NCBI GenBank assembly: GCA_030524525.1
Contig: JAUNGI010000002.1
Location: 103,350 to 167,349, forward strand
Source of the DNA: Lachnospiraceae bacterium
Lineage (GTDB): Bacteria > Bacillota > Clostridia > Lachnospirales > Lachnospiraceae
Reading direction: 5' to 3'
DNA: 64,000 bases
In this document: in pieces, positions 62,230 to 64,000 of the stretch
How positions within the stretch are numbered: position 1 is the stretch's first letter
Layout of the letters: every line of letters begins with the position of its first letter
Translations under genes and position numbers: made by a program
Notes under the pieces: generated by a model
Told to the model about the DNA's origin: nothing
Seen by the model: the letters and a program-made list of their open reading frames with translations, nothing else
Databases searched by the model: none

Positions 62230-62370
62230 AAAACGCTCCGCGGGGATCGCACTGCGGCGGAGAGGAACTGTGTCGCCAGAGCGACCCGCCACAGGCGGAG
62301 AATCTCGCAAGCGAGATTCTTTGTTCTTTTTTCTTTCTTTGGGATATTTTTGAAACAAGCGCGGAATTCA

Positions 62371-62399
62371 TTGACGAGAAGAAATATAAGTGATACAGT
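62371..62399 (+). promoter_or_regulatory. SigA-type promoter with an extended -10 for the lipoprotein gene
   Basis: TTGACG (62371-62376), a 17-bp spacer ending in TGa, then TACAGT (62394-62399). Confidence 0.6.
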
Positions 62400-62468
62400 G
62401 AAGTGAAATAAAATGTGCGGAAATTCTTCGCATCTTCGCGACAAGGTCGCTCAGAAATGAGGATTAGT

Positions 62469-63131
62469 ATGAAAAAAAGTATTCTTCTTTGCATTGTATT
62501 TTTGCTTCTGCTTGCGCTGACCGGCTGCAACGACGATTCACCCAAGGGAACGCCCCGCGAGCCGATGGGAGGCAGCGGATCGCCGGGGACCTCCCCATCG
62601 ACTGTGACGGCGGAGCCGGAAAAACCTACGCCGACCTCATGTGATGCGGAGCCGACAAAAGAGCCAAGCAATACGCCCGTGCCTACGCCAATCGTGCATT
62701 ATTTTGATCTTGAAACTGTTACGCCGGAGGTGATTGTAGGTGCCGAAGAATGCAGGACGAAATGGGGAGAGCCGACGCACAGTGGCTTTATCCTTGCGGA
62801 ACCCTTCCGTCTGGCAATTTGGGAGGAAGACCCGGATTGGCTGGAACAGAAAACCTGTCCGTGGACGGACGTTTGCCATGTTTATTTCACTACATGGGAG
62901 GATTGCGAATTTTATTTATATGTGCCGGGCTATGTTTCGGAAGAAAATGATAACAGATGGAGCTATATGAAGGTGAGCCGGGAGCAGTTTTTGGCTTTCG
63001 TTCAAAGCAGAACGCGCAATGCGGAGCATGAGGGAGAGGAAGGCGCGATGCAGTATGACGATAAAGCGCCCTTCTCCGTTTGGGTTGAAAACGGAAGGAT
63101 TGTGCGGATGGCGGAGAATTATATGCAGTAA
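62469..63131 (+). CDS. Hypothetical lipoprotein
   Basis: The ATG at 62469 follows a GAGGA RBS. The signal peptide with lipobox is MKKSILLCIVFLLLLALTGC, followed by a Pro/Thr/Ser-rich linker and a ~150-aa domain of unknown family. Confidence 0.75.
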   Translation: MKKSILLCIVFLLLLALTGCNDDSPKGTPREPMGGSGSPGTSPSTVTAEPEKPTPTSCDAEPTKEPSNTPVPTPIVHYFDLETVTPEVIVGAEECRTKWGEPTHSGFILAEPFRLAIWEEDPDWLEQKTCPWTDVCHVYFTTWEDCEFYLYVPGYVSEENDNRWSYMKVSREQFLAFVQSRTRNAEHEGEEGAMQYDDKAPFSVWVENGRIVRMAENYMQ

Positions 63132-63138
63132 GCAGACA

Positions 63139-63178
63139 GAGAAAAATCGCCCCGAAGCAATTCGGCGGCGATTTTTTT
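63139..63178 (+). terminator. Strong terminator, copy B of the 40-nt exact repeat
   Basis: It has the same 40 nt as 62157-62196. Confidence 0.85.
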
Positions 63179-63259
63179 CCAACCGATTCGGGTCTTTCTG
63201 CGTGTAACGGGAAGACAAACAAAAGAAGAGACGTCTCTGTTGCGGCGCGGGGAAAAAGG

Positions 63260-63287
63260 TTGCATATTTCCCGTCGATGTGTATAAT
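63260..63287 (+). promoter_or_regulatory. SigA-type promoter of thrC
   Basis: TTGCAT (63260-63265), a 16-bp spacer, then TATAAT (63282-63287). Confidence 0.6.
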
Positions 63288-63347
63288 GAAACTGAAAGTT
63301 TCAGAAGAAAAACGGCGGGGGCGGAGCGCTCCGCTTTGGAGGAAAAT

Positions 63348-64000
63348 ATGAATCTTATGTATAAAAGTACGCGAAGCGAGGACGGGCTTGTGACTGCTTC
63401 GCAGGCGATTTTGCAGGGACTGGCGGCGGACGGCGGTCTGTTTGTCCCGACGGAGCTGCCGAAGCTTTCCCTGAGTATGGAGCAGCTTTCCAAAATGACG
63501 TATCAGGAGACCGCTTACGAGGTGATGAAGCGGTTTCTGACGGATTTTACCGAGGAAGAATTAAAGGACTGCATCCGCAGAGCGTATGACGAAAAGTTTG
63601 ATACCGAGGAGATCGCGCCGCTTGTGAAGGCGGACGGCGCGTATTATCTGGAGCTTTTCCACGGGGCGACGATCGCCTTTAAGGATATGGCGCTGAGCAT
63701 TTTGCCGCATCTGATGACGACGGCGGTAAAGAAAAACAACAGCCGCGAGGAGATCGTCATTCTGACCGCCACCTCCGGCGATACGGGAAAGGCGGCGCTG
63801 GCAGGCTTTGCCGACGTGTCGGGAACGAAGATCATCGTGTTCTATCCGAAGCACGGTGTAAGCCCGATCCAGGAAAAGCAGATGGTGACCCAGCGCGGAG
63901 ACAATACGTTTGTCATTGGGATCGAGGGCAATTTCGACGATGCGCAGACCGGTGTAAAGAGGATGTTCGGCAGCGCGGAGCTGAAGGAGCGCCTGCTGCG
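63348..64000 (+). CDS. thrC: Threonine synthase (3' end lies outside the window)
   Basis: This gene is not in the ORF track because it is open-ended. My own translation from the ATG at 63348 (GGAGGA RBS) gives MNLMYKSTRSEDGLVTASQAILQGLAADGGLFVP ... FHGATIAFKDMAL (PLP-lysine motif) ... TATSGDTGKAA. Confidence 0.9.
   Translation, partial: MNLMYKSTRSEDGLVTASQAILQGLAADGGLFVPTELPKLSLSMEQLSKMTYQETAYEVMKRFLTDFTEEELKDCIRRAYDEKFDTEEIAPLVKADGAYYLELFHGATIAFKDMALSILPHLMTTAVKKNNSREEIVILTATSGDTGKAALAGFADVSGTKIIVFYPKHGVSPIQEKQMVTQRGDNTFVIGIEGNFDDAQTGVKRMFGSAELKERLL

Noticed and set aside
61359-62671. 361-aa and 150-aa minus-strand ORFs
   Set aside because: They lie antisense to the SleB/CwlJ-family gene and run through two terminators and the palindromic spacer. 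They show no RBS and no motifs.
63179-63347. T-box or other amino-acid leader upstream of thrC
   Set aside because: The leader is only ~60 nt after the -10 element. It contains two small palindromes (GAAACTGAAAGTTTC, GCGGAGCGCTCCGC) but no T-box sequence, specifier architecture or T-tract.
1-64000. CRISPR arrays, tRNA/rRNA genes, IS elements, integrases and prophage genes
   Set aside because: I saw no regularly spaced short repeats outside coding repeats, no tRNA-like T-arm (GGTTCGAATCC-type) sequences and no transposase, recombinase or phage-like ORFs. The only dispersed repeat is the 40-nt terminator pair.

Overview
This is a 64-kb chromosomal window of roughly 58-60% G+C (judged by eye). 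It appears to come from a spore-forming Firmicute of the class Clostridia. That placement is inferred from sigG/spoVB/sleB-type genes, an IspH-S1 fusion, a type-A RNase P RNA, and the plsX-acpP-rnc-smc-ftsY and dgt-dnaG-rpoD-trmK syntenies. I call 48 protein-coding genes (47 on the + strand, including one candidate small ORF) plus rnpB. The housekeeping backbone is sigG (5'-truncated), folD-rimO-pgsA-FAD protein-cmk-ispH/S1, plsX-acpP-rnc-smc-ftsY, recA (with a LexA box)-recX, spoVB-like (- strand), dgt-dnaG-rpoD-trmK-nucleoside kinase-rnpB, a SleB/CwlJ-family hydrolase, a lipoprotein and thrC (3'-truncated). Four blocks interrupt the backbone. (1) 509-9983: a ten-gene Mrp-type antiporter operon with archaeal Mbh-like gene order and four NuoL/M/N-like subunits. 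(2) 10082-22379: a seven-gene operon with five TasA/BsaA-like paralogues carrying SipW-type signal peptides, a SipW signal peptidase, a 2,414-aa anchorless SpaA-repeat/LRR adhesin and a PPKTG-anchored two-domain TasA-like protein, all preceded by a leader containing an intrinsic terminator. (3) 39552-44978: a Na+-decarboxylase/transcarboxylase hybrid operon. (4) 45086-52271: a monocistronic 2,317-aa LPKTG surface protein with a 987-bp internal super-repeat. Block 2 is the best candidate for an undescribed system, namely a wall-anchored, adhesin-bearing heteropolymeric TasA-type fibre. Smaller oddities are a ~41% G+C patch inside ispH-S1, two identical 40-nt terminators bracketing a lipoprotein cassette, and a hairpin-dense spacer. 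I saw no CRISPR array, tRNA, rRNA, transposase, integrase or phage genes. All coordinates and counts were made by hand from the sequence, and no database search was run.
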